A stretch of DNA of 64,000 nucleotides from Gammaproteobacteria bacterium. GTDB taxonomy: Bacteria; Pseudomonadota; Gammaproteobacteria; Eutrophobiales; Eutrophobiaceae. Of the stretch, positions 48,218 through 59,273 are shown piece by piece. Under the pieces are notes generated by a model that had not been told where the DNA came from, ran no database searches, and worked only from the letters and a program-made list of their open reading frames with translations. The first letter of the stretch is position 1. Every line of letters begins with the position of its first letter. Made by a program: the position numbers and the translations under genes. The stretch covers positions 1,594,765 to 1,658,764 of the forward strand of contig OZ251218.1 of NCBI GenBank assembly GCA_965240365.1, read 5' to 3'.

Positions 48218-48484
48218 CGGGTTTCGGCGAGTTAAGCCCGATGCCAGGCGTCCTGGTTTGGCGTTCTATTGCGCCCGGATTCTTTCGTCGTCATTCCCAC
48301 CCGCCTGCTTCAGTCTCATAAGTATTGAACCCGGACAGGTTATGTCATTTACTGCCTCACCCGTGTTACCATACGCCTTGATGCAATCCGGGCGCCGGGC
48401 ACTTTGAAAACCGGTGTCTGTCCGCGCGGCGGGCATCCATGTTAGACTACATTTTGAATCAACCGAACAGGAGTAACTATTACA

Positions 48485-48985
48485 ATGGCAAGCATTACAT
48501 TTCAAGGCAATGGCATTCATACCAACGGTGAACTGCCGCGGGTGGGCGAGACGGCGCCGGATTTTTCACTGGTTACGCGCGAGCTGGCCGATGTTTCGCT
48601 GGCTTCCTATGCCGGCAAGAAAAAATTGCTGAGCATCTTTGCCAGCCTGGATACGCCGGTCTGCGCGGCATCAATAAAGAGATTCAACGAGGTCGCCAAA
48701 GAAAAATCCGATAGCGTCTTTCTGATGATCGCGGCTGACCTGCCGTTTGCAATGTCGCGTTTTTGCGGCGCGGAGGGCACGGATAACGTCATTCCGCTGT
48801 CCATGATGCGCTCCAAAGATTTTGCCAGAGATTACGGGGTGTTAATCGAAGACGGCGTGCTGGCCGGCATTTCGGCCCGCGCGATCGTGGTGCTGGATCA
48901 GGATAACAAGGTTTTATATACCGAACTGGTGCCGGAAATCGCGCAGGAACCGGATTACGAGGCCGCCATCGCCGCCTTGTCATAA
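48485..48985 (+). CDS. tpx: thiol peroxidase
   Basis: SLDTPVCA, ADLPFAMSRFCG and EIAQEPDY motifs. Confidence 0.95.
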   Translation: MASITFQGNGIHTNGELPRVGETAPDFSLVTRELADVSLASYAGKKKLLSIFASLDTPVCAASIKRFNEVAKEKSDSVFLMIAADLPFAMSRFCGAEGTDNVIPLSMMRSKDFARDYGVLIEDGVLAGISARAIVVLDQDNKVLYTELVPEIAQEPDYEAAIAALS

Positions 48986-49047
48986 GCTATTCATTGCCCA
49001 GGCCACGCAGGCGGGCGGCGGCCCGCCTGCCGGGCAATTTGAAACGG

Positions 49048-49797
49048 TTAGCCGGCCGCGTTACAAACCGGACACAGCCGATCCTTCTTCAAGGCCGCGA
49101 GCTTCCATTCCATGCGCAAGGCGTCCAGCAACAGGAGCCTGCCCTGCAAGGTGCGGCCGATCCCCATTAACAGCTTGAGGGCCTCATTGGCCTGGATGCT
49201 GCCGATGACGCCGAGCAGCGGCGCAATGACGCCATTGGCCGCGCAGCTTTGATCGGTGGCGGCCTCCGGGCCGTATAAACAGCGGTAACAGGGCGAGTCT
49301 TGATCGCGCGGATTAAATACGCTGACCTGGCCTTCAAAGCGTATCGCGGCGCCCGAGACCAGCGGCGTTTTTGTCTTGACCGAGGCCGCGTTCAGGGCGA
49401 AGCGGGTTTTGAAGTTGTCCGAGGCGTCCACGATGATGTCCGCGAGTTGGGCCTCGTTTATTAATTCATCTTCGCGCAGGACATGATCAATGCCGGTTAT
49501 TTCTATCTCGGGGTTGATTGCCTTGAGGTGTTCTGCCGCCGATTCGACTTTCAGACGCCCGATATCGGCCGTGGCATGGACAATCTGGCGTTGCAGATTG
49601 CTGAGCTCAACCCGGTCAAAATCAACCAGCGCCAGATGACCCACGCCGGCGCCGGCAAGGTAGATGGAAACGGGCGAACCCAGGCCGCCGAGGCCCACGA
49701 TCAGGGCCCTGGATTCGGCCAGTTTTTGCTGCCCGGCGGCGTCAATCTCCGGCAACATCATCTGCCGGCTGTAGCGCAGTAATTGCCTGTCGTCCAT
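49048..49797 (-). CDS. moeB: MoeB/ThiF family adenylyltransferase
   Basis: RYSRQ, GLGGLG, SNLQRQ, CYRC and CPVC motifs; follows prmC. Confidence 0.85.
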   Translation of the reverse strand: MDDRQLLRYSRQMMLPEIDAAGQQKLAESRALIVGLGGLGSPVSIYLAGAGVGHLALVDFDRVELSNLQRQIVHATADIGRLKVESAAEHLKAINPEIEITGIDHVLREDELINEAQLADIIVDASDNFKTRFALNAASVKTKTPLVSGAAIRFEGQVSVFNPRDQDSPCYRCLYGPEAATDQSCAANGVIAPLLGVIGSIQANEALKLLMGIGRTLQGRLLLLDALRMEWKLAALKKDRLCPVCNAAG

Positions 49798-49993
49798 TAT
49801 GAGGGCGGGCGTAATAGCATCATTCCGGCGACCCCGCTTGTCATTGTTGCCCCCCGTCAATCATCCTGTTCTCCATGCAGGCTCAGATACAGGTTTTGTA
49901 TGTGGATTTCCCAGCCGCCCGGCCGCGCTAAATGTTCGCTTTTGTTCGCGGCGCGGAATAACCGCAAGGCAAGCCGCCATTTTCTGACATCAA

Positions 49994-50845
49994 TCACGGC
50001 CATTGCCCGCGCGTGACCCGTTCCAGCCGGTTGTAATCGCATAATGTGCTGATCCGCCTAAACCGCGCCGCCTCGAATAAGGCCCGGACCGCTCCGCCCT
50101 GCCGGCAGCCATGTTCAAGCAATAACCAGCCGCCCGGCCTGAGATGGTTCACGGCGGCCCTGACGAGTTGCCGTGTTGCCGCGAGGCCGTCCCTGCCGGA
50201 AACCAGCGCGGCGCGCGGTTCGAAGCGAATATCGCCCTGTTTGAGATGCGGGTCATTTTCCGCGATATAGGGCGGGTTGCCCACGATCAACCCGTAGGGT
50301 TGCGCATGTTTGAATTCAAGCCAGTCCGCCTTGATGAGTGTGATCTGCCGCGCTCCGTGGGTCGTGATATTTTTTTCGGCGATGGCCAGCGCGGCCGCGC
50401 TGTTATCGACCGCGGTGATCCTGCTTTTGGGCCGTTCCTTTGCAATAGCGATGGCGATGGCCCCGCTGCCGGTCCCGGCTTCGAGAATGTGGCAGGCGCT
50501 CTCTTTGGGTATCAGCCCCAGGGCAGTTTCGACCAGCAATTCGGTCTCGGGCCTGGGTATCAGGGTGTCTTTGGAGACGCATAATTCAAGCGACCAGAAC
50601 TCTTTTTTCCGTAACAGGTAGGCCATCGGCCGACCTTCGGCGCGCAATTCAAGCCGTTCATTAAACAAGGCCGCCTGGGGCCGGGTCAGGCCCTGTTCCG
50701 GGTGCGCGTAGAGCCGGCCGCGATCACAGCCCAATACCGAGCACAGCAGCAGTTCCGCGTCCAGCCCGGCGCTTTCCGAATGGCGGAGCCGGGTTCGGGC
50801 CAGCCTCAGCCTCTCGCTGATCTGTATTTCAGGGCTAATCCGCAT
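49994..50845 (-). CDS. prmC: release factor glutamine methyltransferase
   Basis: LIPRPETE, GTGSGAIA, NPPY and EHG motifs. Confidence 0.95.
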   Translation of the reverse strand: MRISPEIQISERLRLARTRLRHSESAGLDAELLLCSVLGCDRGRLYAHPEQGLTRPQAALFNERLELRAEGRPMAYLLRKKEFWSLELCVSKDTLIPRPETELLVETALGLIPKESACHILEAGTGSGAIAIAIAKERPKSRITAVDNSAAALAIAEKNITTHGARQITLIKADWLEFKHAQPYGLIVGNPPYIAENDPHLKQGDIRFEPRAALVSGRDGLAATRQLVRAAVNHLRPGGWLLLEHGCRQGGAVRALFEAARFRRISTLCDYNRLERVTRGQWP

Positions 50846-50846
50846 C

Positions 50847-51932
50847 TCAGGCGGCGCCGATTGAGGCCAGTTGATCGGCCTGATGCTCGCTGATCAGCGG
50901 GCCGATAACCGGCTCCAGATCGCCGGCCAGAAATTCATCCAGCCGGTACAGGGTCAGATTGATACGATGGTCGGTGACGCGGCCCTGCGGGAAGTTATAG
51001 GTTCGGATCCGTTCTGATCGATCGCCGCTGCCGACCAGATTACGGCGATTTTCGGCCTGCTCGGTCTGTTGTTTTTCGTGCGCGCGGCTTAACAATTTCG
51101 CTTGCAGCAATGCCAGCGCCCGGGCCTTGTTTTTATGTTGTGAGCGTTCGTCCTGGCATTCAACCACGGTATTGCTCGGCAGATGGGTGACGCGGATCGC
51201 CGAATCGGTCTTGTTGACATGCTGGCCGCCGGCGCCGGAGGCGCGATAGGTGTCAATCCGCAACTCGGCCGGGTTGATCTCGATTTCGTTGATCGGATCG
51301 ACCTCGGGCAGGACCGCGACCGTGCAGGCGGAGGTGTGAATACGGCCCTGTGATTCGGTCGCGGGCACGCGCTGCACGCGATGCGCGCCGGATTCAAACT
51401 TGAGCCGGGAATAGGCGCCCTTGCCGATAACCCGCAGGATCACTTCCCTGTAGCCCTGCAGGCTGCTCTCGGCCGTGCTGACAGGCTCAATCCGCCAGCC
51501 CCGTGTCTCGGCATAGCCGCTGTACATGCGCAGCAGGTCGGCCGCGAACAGGGCGGCTTCCTCGCCGCCCGTGCCGGCCCGTATTTCAAGAAAGATATTG
51601 CTGTTGTCGGCCGGGTCGGCGGGCAGCAGCAGCGCCTGCAATTCGGTCTCAAGCCGCTCATGCCGGGCCTCGGCGGCCCGCAGTTCCGCCGCCGCCAGCG
51701 CGTGGATCTCCTTATCCTCATCGTGCAGCATTTCCCGCGCCGACTCAATCTCCCGCCCGGCCCTCTGATAAGCCTCATAACAGGCCAGCAGCGGCCGCAT
51801 CCCGGCGTGCTCCCCGGCCAGTTCGCGGAATTTGTTTTGATTATTGATGGTTTCCGGCTGACACAGCAGGCCATCCAGTTCCTGCCGGCGTTCCAGTAAT
51901 TTTTCCAGTTTTAGCTGTAGTGAAGGCTGCAT
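50847..51932 (-). CDS. prfA: peptide chain release factor 1
   Basis: PAT tripeptide, GGQ and [16 protein letters not shown] motifs. Confidence 0.97.
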   Translation of the reverse strand: MQPSLQLKLEKLLERRQELDGLLCQPETINNQNKFRELAGEHAGMRPLLACYEAYQRAGREIESAREMLHDEDKEIHALAAAELRAAEARHERLETELQALLLPADPADNSNIFLEIRAGTGGEEAALFAADLLRMYSGYAETRGWRIEPVSTAESSLQGYREVILRVIGKGAYSRLKFESGAHRVQRVPATESQGRIHTSACTVAVLPEVDPINEIEINPAELRIDTYRASGAGGQHVNKTDSAIRVTHLPSNTVVECQDERSQHKNKARALALLQAKLLSRAHEKQQTEQAENRRNLVGSGDRSERIRTYNFPQGRVTDHRINLTLYRLDEFLAGDLEPVIGPLISEHQADQLASIGAA

Positions 51933-51978
51933 CGCGGTCTTGCCCGGGCGGGCAGGGGCTGATCGGGCCGCAACCCGC

Positions 51979-53259
51979 TCAGGGCTTGTTGTCTTTGCGC
52001 TTCAGGAATTGATCCAGCGCAAACAGTTCTTCCGTGGCCTGCAACAGGTCCGGTCGGTTTTCCGCGCTCATGTTTCTGAGCCTGACACTGGGTGAGTGCA
52101 GCAGTTTGTTGGTTAAGGTGCGCGCGCACTCCAACAGGACCTGCTCGGGATCGGCGCCGTTATTGAGTTTCCTGACCGCGCCCCGGATGACTTCCGCCTG
52201 AATTTGCCCGGCCTTGCCGCGCAGGGCGCGGATGGTCGAGACGGCGTCAAGCGAACTGAGCCAGCCCATAAATTCCTGGGCCTGGGTGTCAATGATCTTT
52301 TCGGCCTGTTTGGCCGCATTTTGCCGGTTGCGCAGATTTTCCCGGATCATGTCCTTGAGATCATCGACACTGTAGAGATAGACATCATCCATATCGCCCA
52401 CGGCGGCCTCGATATCGCGCGGGACGGCGATATCGACCATAAACATGGGTTTGTGTTTGCGCAGCCTGATGGCGTCCTGCGCCATCGCCCGGTCCAGCAC
52501 GGGCAATGAACTCGCGGTCGCCGAGATCACGATGTCGGCCTCGGCCAGGTGTTTGGGTATATCCGCGATCTGTATCGCGTAAGCGGAATATTGACGGGCC
52601 AGGTGTTGCGAGCGCTGCAAGCCGCGGTTGGCGATGATCATCCGGGTCAGGCCATTTTCATGCAGGTGTTTGGCCGCCAGTTCAATGGTTTCGCCGGCGC
52701 CCACCAGCAACGCGGTTTGATCCTTGAGCTCGCCGAAGATCTGTTGCGCCAGCCTGACCGCGGCATAGGCCACGGAGACCGGGTGATTGCCGATGGCCGT
52801 GTTGTTGCGCACCTCTTTGGCGACCCGGAACGAGTGCTGAAACAGACGGTTGAGCTGATGGCCGATGCTGCCCGCCGCCAGCGCCTTTTTATAGGCGTCT
52901 TTGAGTTGGCCGAGCACCTGCGGTTCGCCCAGGATCATGGAATCAAGGCCGCTGGCAACGCGCAGCACGTGCCGCACGGCATTTTCATCCGGGTGCTGGT
53001 ATAAAAACGGGCGCAGCAGGCCGGGCGCCACGCCATGAAAATGATGCAGCCAGTCAACCGGCTTGCCGTCGATGGCATGATCAAGGCTGCAATAGATCTC
53101 GGTGCGGTTGCAGGTCGAGAGTATGGCCGCCTCATGGACGCCGGTCTGCTGTTTAAGCTCAAACAGCGCGCCGGCGACCGTATCCTGGTTAAAACTCACC
53201 CGTTCGCGCACCGCGATCGGCGCGGTCGAATGATTAATGCCGTATGCAATAAGTCCCAT
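51979..53259 (-). CDS. hemA: glutamyl-tRNA reductase
   Basis: [19 protein letters not shown] and DIAVPRD motifs. Confidence 0.97.
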   Translation of the reverse strand: MGLIAYGINHSTAPIAVRERVSFNQDTVAGALFELKQQTGVHEAAILSTCNRTEIYCSLDHAIDGKPVDWLHHFHGVAPGLLRPFLYQHPDENAVRHVLRVASGLDSMILGEPQVLGQLKDAYKKALAAGSIGHQLNRLFQHSFRVAKEVRNNTAIGNHPVSVAYAAVRLAQQIFGELKDQTALLVGAGETIELAAKHLHENGLTRMIIANRGLQRSQHLARQYSAYAIQIADIPKHLAEADIVISATASSLPVLDRAMAQDAIRLRKHKPMFMVDIAVPRDIEAAVGDMDDVYLYSVDDLKDMIRENLRNRQNAAKQAEKIIDTQAQEFMGWLSSLDAVSTIRALRGKAGQIQAEVIRGAVRKLNNGADPEQVLLECARTLTNKLLHSPSVRLRNMSAENRPDLLQATEELFALDQFLKRKDNKP

Positions 53260-53436
53260 GGTATTGGTGATTTAAGTAGTATCTTTATAAAAATTTTGTG
53301 CCATGATCCTATAGAATACAAGCGCTAAAATGAACAAAAAATAACGGGCCGAATCAAGATAGTAGTAAATCGTGCCGTCGGCCTTGTCAATCATTGTACT
53401 GTCCATGATCTTTACTCTATTAAAGCAGGTTAGAAG

Positions 53437-55221
53437 ATGATTAAATGCAAACTATTCCGCAATTTACCGTTGATCTTGCCGGCCCTGTTTATGGCGGCCT
53501 GTGTCACCCTGCCCGCGCCGTCCGGCCTTAATAAAGACAGCGAAACGGCGGCCGCGGTTCAAACCGCGCCGGACAAGGCCAAGGCAACGGCCGTGGCGCC
53601 TGAGCAGCCCGAGCGGCCCGCGCCGGCCAGACCCAATATTGCGCTGAGCGAGGATGTCCTGTTCAGGGTGCTGGTGGCCGAACTGGCCGGCCAGCGCGGC
53701 CGGGTCAATATCGCGGTCGATCACTATCTGGCGCTGGCGCGCGAGACCCGGGATCCGCTGGTCATTGAGCGGGCCACGCGCATCGCCGTCTATGCGCGCG
53801 ATGACGAGGCGGCCGCGGCCGCGGCCGGACTCTGGGCCGAAGTCGATCCGCATAACGCGGACGCCCATCAGGTGTTGACGGTGATGAGCCTGCGCCGGGG
53901 TGATATTGACCGGGCCCTGTCCTATCTTGAAGTCATCCTGGCCGCGCCCGCCGGTGAATTTGAGCAAAAGCTGTGGATGATCGCCAATTTTCTCGCGCGC
54001 GAAGAAGACCGGCCCGCCGTCATGCGCTTGATGGAGCGCCTGCTGGAAGATCATATGCAGGATACCGGGGCGCTCTATGCCTTTGCCCATTTGTCGGCGC
54101 GCATGGGCGATCTGAGCCGGGCGGAGGGCCTGCTGTTGCGCGTGCTGGCAGAGAAACCGGCCAATGAGCCGGCCGCGATGAGCTATATCTCCCTGTTGCA
54201 CAGAAAAGGCCAGACCGGCAAGGCGCTGCGCTTTCTGGAACAGACGCTTGAAGATCAGGCCGTCGGTTTTGACCTGCGCATGGCCTATGCGCGTCTTCTG
54301 ACCGATGCCAAACGGTTTGAGGATGCCAGGCGCGAGTTTGAACGGCTGGCCACGGAAGATCCGCAGCATGTCGATGTGTTGTACGCGCTGGGCCTAATAC
54401 ATTTGCAGGCCGGCCGTCTGGATGAGGCCGAGCCCTATTTTCTGCGCCTCGGCCGGCTTAAAATGCGGGTCTTTGACAGCAATTATTATCTGGCCCGCAT
54501 CGCCGAAGAAAAGGGCGAACTGGACAAGGCCAGCGACCTGTATCAGGGCGTGCACGGGGGCGAGGGTTATTTTGACGCGCGTATCCGCCTGAGCCTGATC
54601 CTGGCCAAACAGGGCAATGTTGAAAAGGCGCTCGCTCATATACGCTCAATTGAAAGCGCCAAAGGCGACGAGCGGCTGTTGCTGATCCAGGCCGAGGCCG
54701 AAATCCTGACCGAGCGGCGGCGCTATGCCGAGGCCATGGCCGTGTATGACCGCGCGCTGGCCGCGGAAACCGACCATGACCTGCTCTATGCGCGCGCCAT
54801 GCTGGCCGAGAAGATAGGGCGGCTGGATATCCTGGAGGCCGACCTGAAGGTGATCCTGGCCGAAGACCGGGATAATGCCACGGTATTAAACGCGCTCGGC
54901 TACACCCTGGCCGATCGCACCGACCGCTATGAAGAGGCGTATGACTACATCAAGCGGGCCCATGAATTAAGCCCGGATGACTTCTATATCCTCGACAGCA
55001 TGGGCTGGGTCTTGTACCGTCTCGGCCGGCTGGACGAAGCCGTCAAATATCTGCGTCAAGCGCTGGCCCTGCAAAATGACCCGGAGATTGCCGCCCACCT
55101 GGGCGAGGTGTTATGGGTAATGGGCGATAAAAAAACCGCCAGGGAAGTCTGGGAAACGGCGCTCAAGGCCACCCCGGCGGATGACAAATTATTAAAAGTC
55201 ATCGAACGCTTTAAGCCGTGA
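53437..55221 (+). CDS. tetratricopeptide-repeat lipoprotein
   Basis: Lipobox MAAC, TPR helices, LNALGYTLAD and DSMGWV motifs; conserved position between hemA and lolB. Confidence 0.9.
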   Translation: MIKCKLFRNLPLILPALFMAACVTLPAPSGLNKDSETAAAVQTAPDKAKATAVAPEQPERPAPARPNIALSEDVLFRVLVAELAGQRGRVNIAVDHYLALARETRDPLVIERATRIAVYARDDEAAAAAAGLWAEVDPHNADAHQVLTVMSLRRGDIDRALSYLEVILAAPAGEFEQKLWMIANFLAREEDRPAVMRLMERLLEDHMQDTGALYAFAHLSARMGDLSRAEGLLLRVLAEKPANEPAAMSYISLLHRKGQTGKALRFLEQTLEDQAVGFDLRMAYARLLTDAKRFEDARREFERLATEDPQHVDVLYALGLIHLQAGRLDEAEPYFLRLGRLKMRVFDSNYYLARIAEEKGELDKASDLYQGVHGGEGYFDARIRLSLILAKQGNVEKALAHIRSIESAKGDERLLLIQAEAEILTERRRYAEAMAVYDRALAAETDHDLLYARAMLAEKIGRLDILEADLKVILAEDRDNATVLNALGYTLADRTDRYEEAYDYIKRAHELSPDDFYILDSMGWVLYRLGRLDEAVKYLRQALALQNDPEIAAHLGEVLWVMGDKKTAREVWETALKATPADDKLLKVIERFKP

Positions 55222-55823
55222 TCCGAACCGCCGGCGTTGTCCTGGCAGCGCTGCTGATCAATGCCTGCGCGCCGCCTCTGCTGCCGGAAAAAGCGGGCCC
55301 GGCCAACAGCGCCCTCTGGCAGCGCCACAGGCTGGCCATGAGCGCCCTTGATTCCTGGCATGTCAAGGGCCGCATTGCGCTGGAAAACGAGCGCGACAGC
55401 GGCACATTAAGCCTCTACTGGCGGCAACAGGGCCCGGCTTATGAACTGCGCTTCATTGCGCCGCTCGGCCAGGGCGCCTACCTGCTCAAGGGCGCGCCCG
55501 GCGCGGTGTCCATGCGCGGGCCAAAGGACCTTTACCTGACCGCGACCACGGCCCGGCAGTTAATGGCCCGGGGCCTCGGCTGGGATGTGAATCTGGACGG
55601 ACTCAACTACTGGCTGCGCGGCATACCCGCGCCGGGCCTGTCTTATAGGCAGCTTCGGCTTGACCACAAGGGGCGGCTCCGGCGCCTGCAACAAGCCGGC
55701 TTTGAGCTCCGTATTGACCGCTATACCGAGGTTCAGGGTCTGTCATTGCCGCAAAAATTATCGATCAGGCATGCGGCCCTGCGGCTGAAACTCGTTATCC
55801 GCGACTGGGAAATTCCGCGCTGA
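55218..55823 (+). CDS. lolB: outer membrane lipoprotein receptor LolB
   Basis: Lipobox INAC, W...GRI, PLGQG, YWLRGIP and LKLVIRDW motifs. Confidence 0.92.
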   Translation: MIRTAGVVLAALLINACAPPLLPEKAGPANSALWQRHRLAMSALDSWHVKGRIALENERDSGTLSLYWRQQGPAYELRFIAPLGQGAYLLKGAPGAVSMRGPKDLYLTATTARQLMARGLGWDVNLDGLNYWLRGIPAPGLSYRQLRLDHKGRLRRLQQAGFELRIDRYTEVQGLSLPQKLSIRHAALRLKLVIRDWEIPR

Positions 55824-56707
55824 TGTTAAGCACGGCATGGCCCGCGCCGGCCAAGCTCAATCTCTTTCTGCATATTACCGGCCGCCGTGATGATGGCTAT
55901 CATCTGCTGCAAACCGCGTTTCAGTTTATTGACTGGCAGGATTCGCTGGATTTCAAAATCCACGCGCGGGCAGGGATCACACGCGCTTCCGCGCTAAAGG
56001 ATGTCGCGCCGGAGCAGGATCTGGTAGTGCGCGCCGCGCGCAGGCTGAAACAGCACACCGGCTGCGGCCAGGGCGCGGATATCTTCGTGCGCAAACGGAT
56101 CCCGCTCGGCGGCGGGCTGGGCGGCGGCAGCTCGGACGCGGCCACCACGCTGGTGGCGCTGAATCATCTGTGGGGCACGGGTTGCGGCACGGATGAACTG
56201 GCGCGCCTGGGGCTGGAACTGGGGGCCGATGTGCCGGTTTTCGTGCGCGCCCGTTCGGCCTGGGCCGAGGGCATTGGAGAAAAAATGACCCGACTGGAAC
56301 CGCGGGAAGCGGTTTATCTGGTTATCCATCCGGGTTGCAGCGTGGCCACCGCCGCGGTTTTCAAGGCCGCTGATTTGACACGCAATACGCCTGCAATCAC
56401 AATACGCGACTTTCTCGAAAGCGGCGGCGTAAATGACTGTGAAGCCGTGGTCAGGAGGCTTTATGGCGAGGTTGCGAAGGCGCTCGACTGGCTCCGCGGC
56501 TTTGCCCCGGCCCGGCTGACCGGCGCCGGCGCCTGTCTGTTTGCGGCGTTTGCAAACCGGCGGGCCGCCGCCGCCGTAAAAGCGCGGGCGCCGGCCCGGT
56601 GGCAGGCCCGTATCGTCCAGGGCATGAACCGCTCGCCATTGCTGGATCGGCTGTCGGATGAAGCCCGGCGCGGCCGGCCTTATGACGCGCGGAACGGCAA
56701 ACATTGA
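55823..56707 (+). CDS. ispE: 4-diphosphocytidyl-2-C-methyl-D-erythritol kinase
   Basis: PAPAKLNLFL, GGGLGGGSSDAA and LGADVPVF motifs. Confidence 0.96.
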   Translation: MLSTAWPAPAKLNLFLHITGRRDDGYHLLQTAFQFIDWQDSLDFKIHARAGITRASALKDVAPEQDLVVRAARRLKQHTGCGQGADIFVRKRIPLGGGLGGGSSDAATTLVALNHLWGTGCGTDELARLGLELGADVPVFVRARSAWAEGIGEKMTRLEPREAVYLVIHPGCSVATAAVFKAADLTRNTPAITIRDFLESGGVNDCEAVVRRLYGEVAKALDWLRGFAPARLTGAGACLFAAFANRRAAAAVKARAPARWQARIVQGMNRSPLLDRLSDEARRGRPYDARNGKH

Positions 56708-56715
56708 GCATAAAT

Positions 56716-56791
56716 TGGGGCATAGCCAAGTTGGTAAGGCACAGGGTTTTGATCCCTGCATTCCCAGGTTCGAGTCCTGGTGCCCCAGCCA
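56716..56791 (+). tRNA. tRNA-Gln (TTG)
   Basis: Cloverleaf with TGGGGCA/TGCCCCA acceptor stem, CAGGG-TTTTGAT-CCCTG anticodon arm, GGTTCGAGTCC T-arm and CCA end; usual ispE-prs position. Confidence 0.97.
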
Positions 56792-56821
56792 TTTTTGAAT
56801 AGTCCGGAGCAAGCTACCATC

Positions 56822-57775
56822 ATGTCCGTTGCCAATATGGTGATATTCAGCGGCAATGCCAACCCCAAACTGGCATTGCAGGCGGCCGACTACCTCAATA
56901 TGCCGCTCGGCAAGATTTCTGTCGGGCGCTTCAGCGATGGCGAGGTCATGGTCGAGGTCAACGAAAACGTGCGCGGCCGTGATTGTTATATCATGCAGAC
57001 AGTCTCCGCGCCGACCAACGATAACCTGATGGAAATGCTGGTTATCGCGGACGCGCTGCGGCGCGCCTCGGCCACCCGCATCACCGCCGTTATCCCTTAT
57101 CTCGGCTATGCCCGCCAGGATCGGCGTTCACGCTCGGCGCGGGTGCCGATCAGCGCCAAGGTGGTGGCCAATATGATCACGGCGGCCGGCATAGACCGCG
57201 TGCTTACCGTTGATCTGCATGCCGATCAGATCCAGGGCTTTTTTGATATTCCGCTGGACAATGTCTATGCCTCGCCGGTGCTGCTGGGGGATTTATGGAA
57301 GCACAAATACCCGGATTTAATGGTGGTCTCGCCCGACGTGGGCGGCGTGGTGCGCGCCCGGGCGCTGGCCAAACGCCTGGACGACACCGATCTGGCCATC
57401 ATCGACAAACGCCGCCCGAACCCGAATCAGTCCGAGGTGATGAATATCATCGGCGATGTGGCCGGGCGCACCTGTGTCATTATTGACGATCTGGTCGATA
57501 CGGCCGGCACCCTGGGCAACGCCGCCGACGTGTTGAAAGATGTGGGCGCGACAAAAGTCGTCGCCTATTGCACCCACGCCGTGCTGTCCGGCAACGCGCT
57601 CAAAAATATAGAGGATTCAAGGCTTGATGAATTGGTGGTAACGGATACAATCCCGCTGCGTTCCAATGTCGCCGCCTGCGGGCGTATCCGGCAACTCAGC
57701 GTGGCCGCGCTGCTGGCCGAGAGTATGCGCCGGATCGCCGAGGCCGAATCCCTGAGCTCGATGTTTCTGGATTGA
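56822..57775 (+). CDS. prs: ribose-phosphate pyrophosphokinase
   Basis: [23 protein letters not shown] and DDLVDTAGT motifs. Confidence 0.97.
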   Translation: MSVANMVIFSGNANPKLALQAADYLNMPLGKISVGRFSDGEVMVEVNENVRGRDCYIMQTVSAPTNDNLMEMLVIADALRRASATRITAVIPYLGYARQDRRSRSARVPISAKVVANMITAAGIDRVLTVDLHADQIQGFFDIPLDNVYASPVLLGDLWKHKYPDLMVVSPDVGGVVRARALAKRLDDTDLAIIDKRRPNPNQSEVMNIIGDVAGRTCVIIDDLVDTAGTLGNAADVLKDVGATKVVAYCTHAVLSGNALKNIEDSRLDELVVTDTIPLRSNVAACGRIRQLSVAALLAESMRRIAEAESLSSMFLD

Positions 57776-57823
57776 GCTTGCCCCGGCCGTGTATATTCCA
57801 ATCAGTGAAGGAGCTTTGCAAAA

Positions 57824-58486
57824 ATGAACCAGTTTGAACTCGTTGCCGAGGCGCGGACAGAGGCGGGCAAGGGCGCGAGCCGCCGCCTGCGCCGCCAGGG
57901 CAAATTGCCCGGCATTGTCTATGGCGCCGCCGGGGCGGAAACCCCGATCAGCCTGAATCATAACGATGTCATGCACCACCTTGAGCATGAGGCCTTTTAT
58001 TCGCATATTCTGACCCTGAAACTGGACGATGCGGCTGAAAAAGTGGTGCTCAAAGACCTGCAACGCCATCCCTACAAGCGTTCGGTGTTGCATATCGACT
58101 TGCAGCGTATCAATGAGGATGAGACATTGACCATGCGCGTGCCGCTGCACTTTCTCAACGAAGACAAGTGCGCCGGCGTCAAACAGGGCGGCGGGGTGAT
58201 CAGTCATCTGGTGACCGAACTGGACGTGGTCTGTCTGCCCAAAGACCTGCCGGAATATCTGGAAGTCGATATGCTGGACGTGAATCTGGGCGACGCCGTA
58301 CATTTAAGCGATCTTGAGTTTCCCGCGGGCGTGCAGTCTTACGCGCTGTTACATGGCGGTGACGAGCGGCTTTCCATCGCCTCCGTACATGCGCCCAAAG
58401 GCGCTTTGAGCGATGATGAAGCCGCGCCCGAAGCCGATGAAGACGCCGCTGCCGCCGCCGAGCCTGAAAAATCCGGCAAGGCCTGA
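57824..58486 (+). CDS. rplY: 50S ribosomal protein L25/Ctc
   Basis: GKGASRRLRR..PGIVYG and QRHPYK..LHID motifs. Confidence 0.96.
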   Translation: MNQFELVAEARTEAGKGASRRLRRQGKLPGIVYGAAGAETPISLNHNDVMHHLEHEAFYSHILTLKLDDAAEKVVLKDLQRHPYKRSVLHIDLQRINEDETLTMRVPLHFLNEDKCAGVKQGGGVISHLVTELDVVCLPKDLPEYLEVDMLDVNLGDAVHLSDLEFPAGVQSYALLHGGDERLSIASVHAPKGALSDDEAAPEADEDAAAAAEPEKSGKA

Positions 58487-58532
58487 TATGGAAACGCGGA
58501 TCAATCCAGAGTTGCCGCGTTAAAACAGCCGC

Positions 58533-59222
58533 ATGCCGGCCCCCCTCAAACTGATTGTCGGCCTCGGCAATCCCGGCGCGCGCTATGCCATGACCCGGCA
58601 TAACGCCGGTTTCTGGTTTATTGATGCGCTGGCCGCCAGATTTTCCGTGGACTTTTCCGCCGACCGGAAATTTCACTCCGAACTCGGCCGTTATCGGAGC
58701 GGCCCCGTGGATTGCCGCCTGTGCAAGCCGCAGACCTTTATGAACGAGAGCGGCACGGCCGTCTCCGCCCTGCTCGGTTATTACAAGCTCCCGCTGGAGC
58801 AAGTGTTGATCGTGCATGACGAGATCGACCTTGCGCCGGGCAATGTCCGTTTCAAGATCGGCGGTGGTCATGGCGGCAATAACGGCCTGCGGGATATTAT
58901 CGGCAAAACGGGCCATAAAGGGTTTAATCGCCTGCGAATCGGCGTGGGTCATCCCGGCAGCGCCGACCGGGTCCTGGCTTATGTGCTGGCAAGACCGGCC
59001 CCGGAGCATGAACAGGCCATAAACAACGGCATCCGCCGGGTGCTTGATGAGCACGAAAAGCTGTTCGCCGGCCAAATCCAGGATTTGATGAACCTGTTGA
59101 ATGAACGCAACAAACCGGCCGCCGGGCAGGCAAACGGGAATGGCCCCCCCTCCCGTCATTCCGGCCTGCCTGCTACAGGCAGGCGAAAGCCGGAATCCAC
59201 GAAGGGAGTGCCGGGGTGTTGA
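58533..59222 (+). CDS. pth: peptidyl-tRNA hydrolase with repeat-derived C-terminal extension
   Basis: LIVGLGNPG, TRHNAG, KPQTFMNESG, HDEID and RLRIGVGHP motifs. Confidence 0.95.
   Translation: MPAPLKLIVGLGNPGARYAMTRHNAGFWFIDALAARFSVDFSADRKFHSELGRYRSGPVDCRLCKPQTFMNESGTAVSALLGYYKLPLEQVLIVHDEIDLAPGNVRFKIGGGHGGNNGLRDIIGKTGHKGFNRLRIGVGHPGSADRVLAYVLARPAPEHEQAINNGIRRVLDEHEKLFAGQIQDLMNLLNERNKPAAGQANGNGPPSRHSGLPATGRRKPESTKGVPGC
59154..59199. repeat. REP-like hairpin with 19-bp insert inside the pth reading frame
   Basis: CGTCATTCCGG-CCTGCCTGCTACAGGCAGG-CGAAAGCCGGAATCCA. Confidence 0.9.
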
Positions 59223-59273
59223 ATGGACTCCGGTCTTTACCTGCCCGCAAGAAGCCAGCCGGAATTAAGCCCT

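Noticed and set aside
56716-56791. tRNA-targeted genomic island
   Set aside because: The tRNA sits in the usual ispE-tRNA-Gln-prs context with no integrase and no duplicated 3' end seen.
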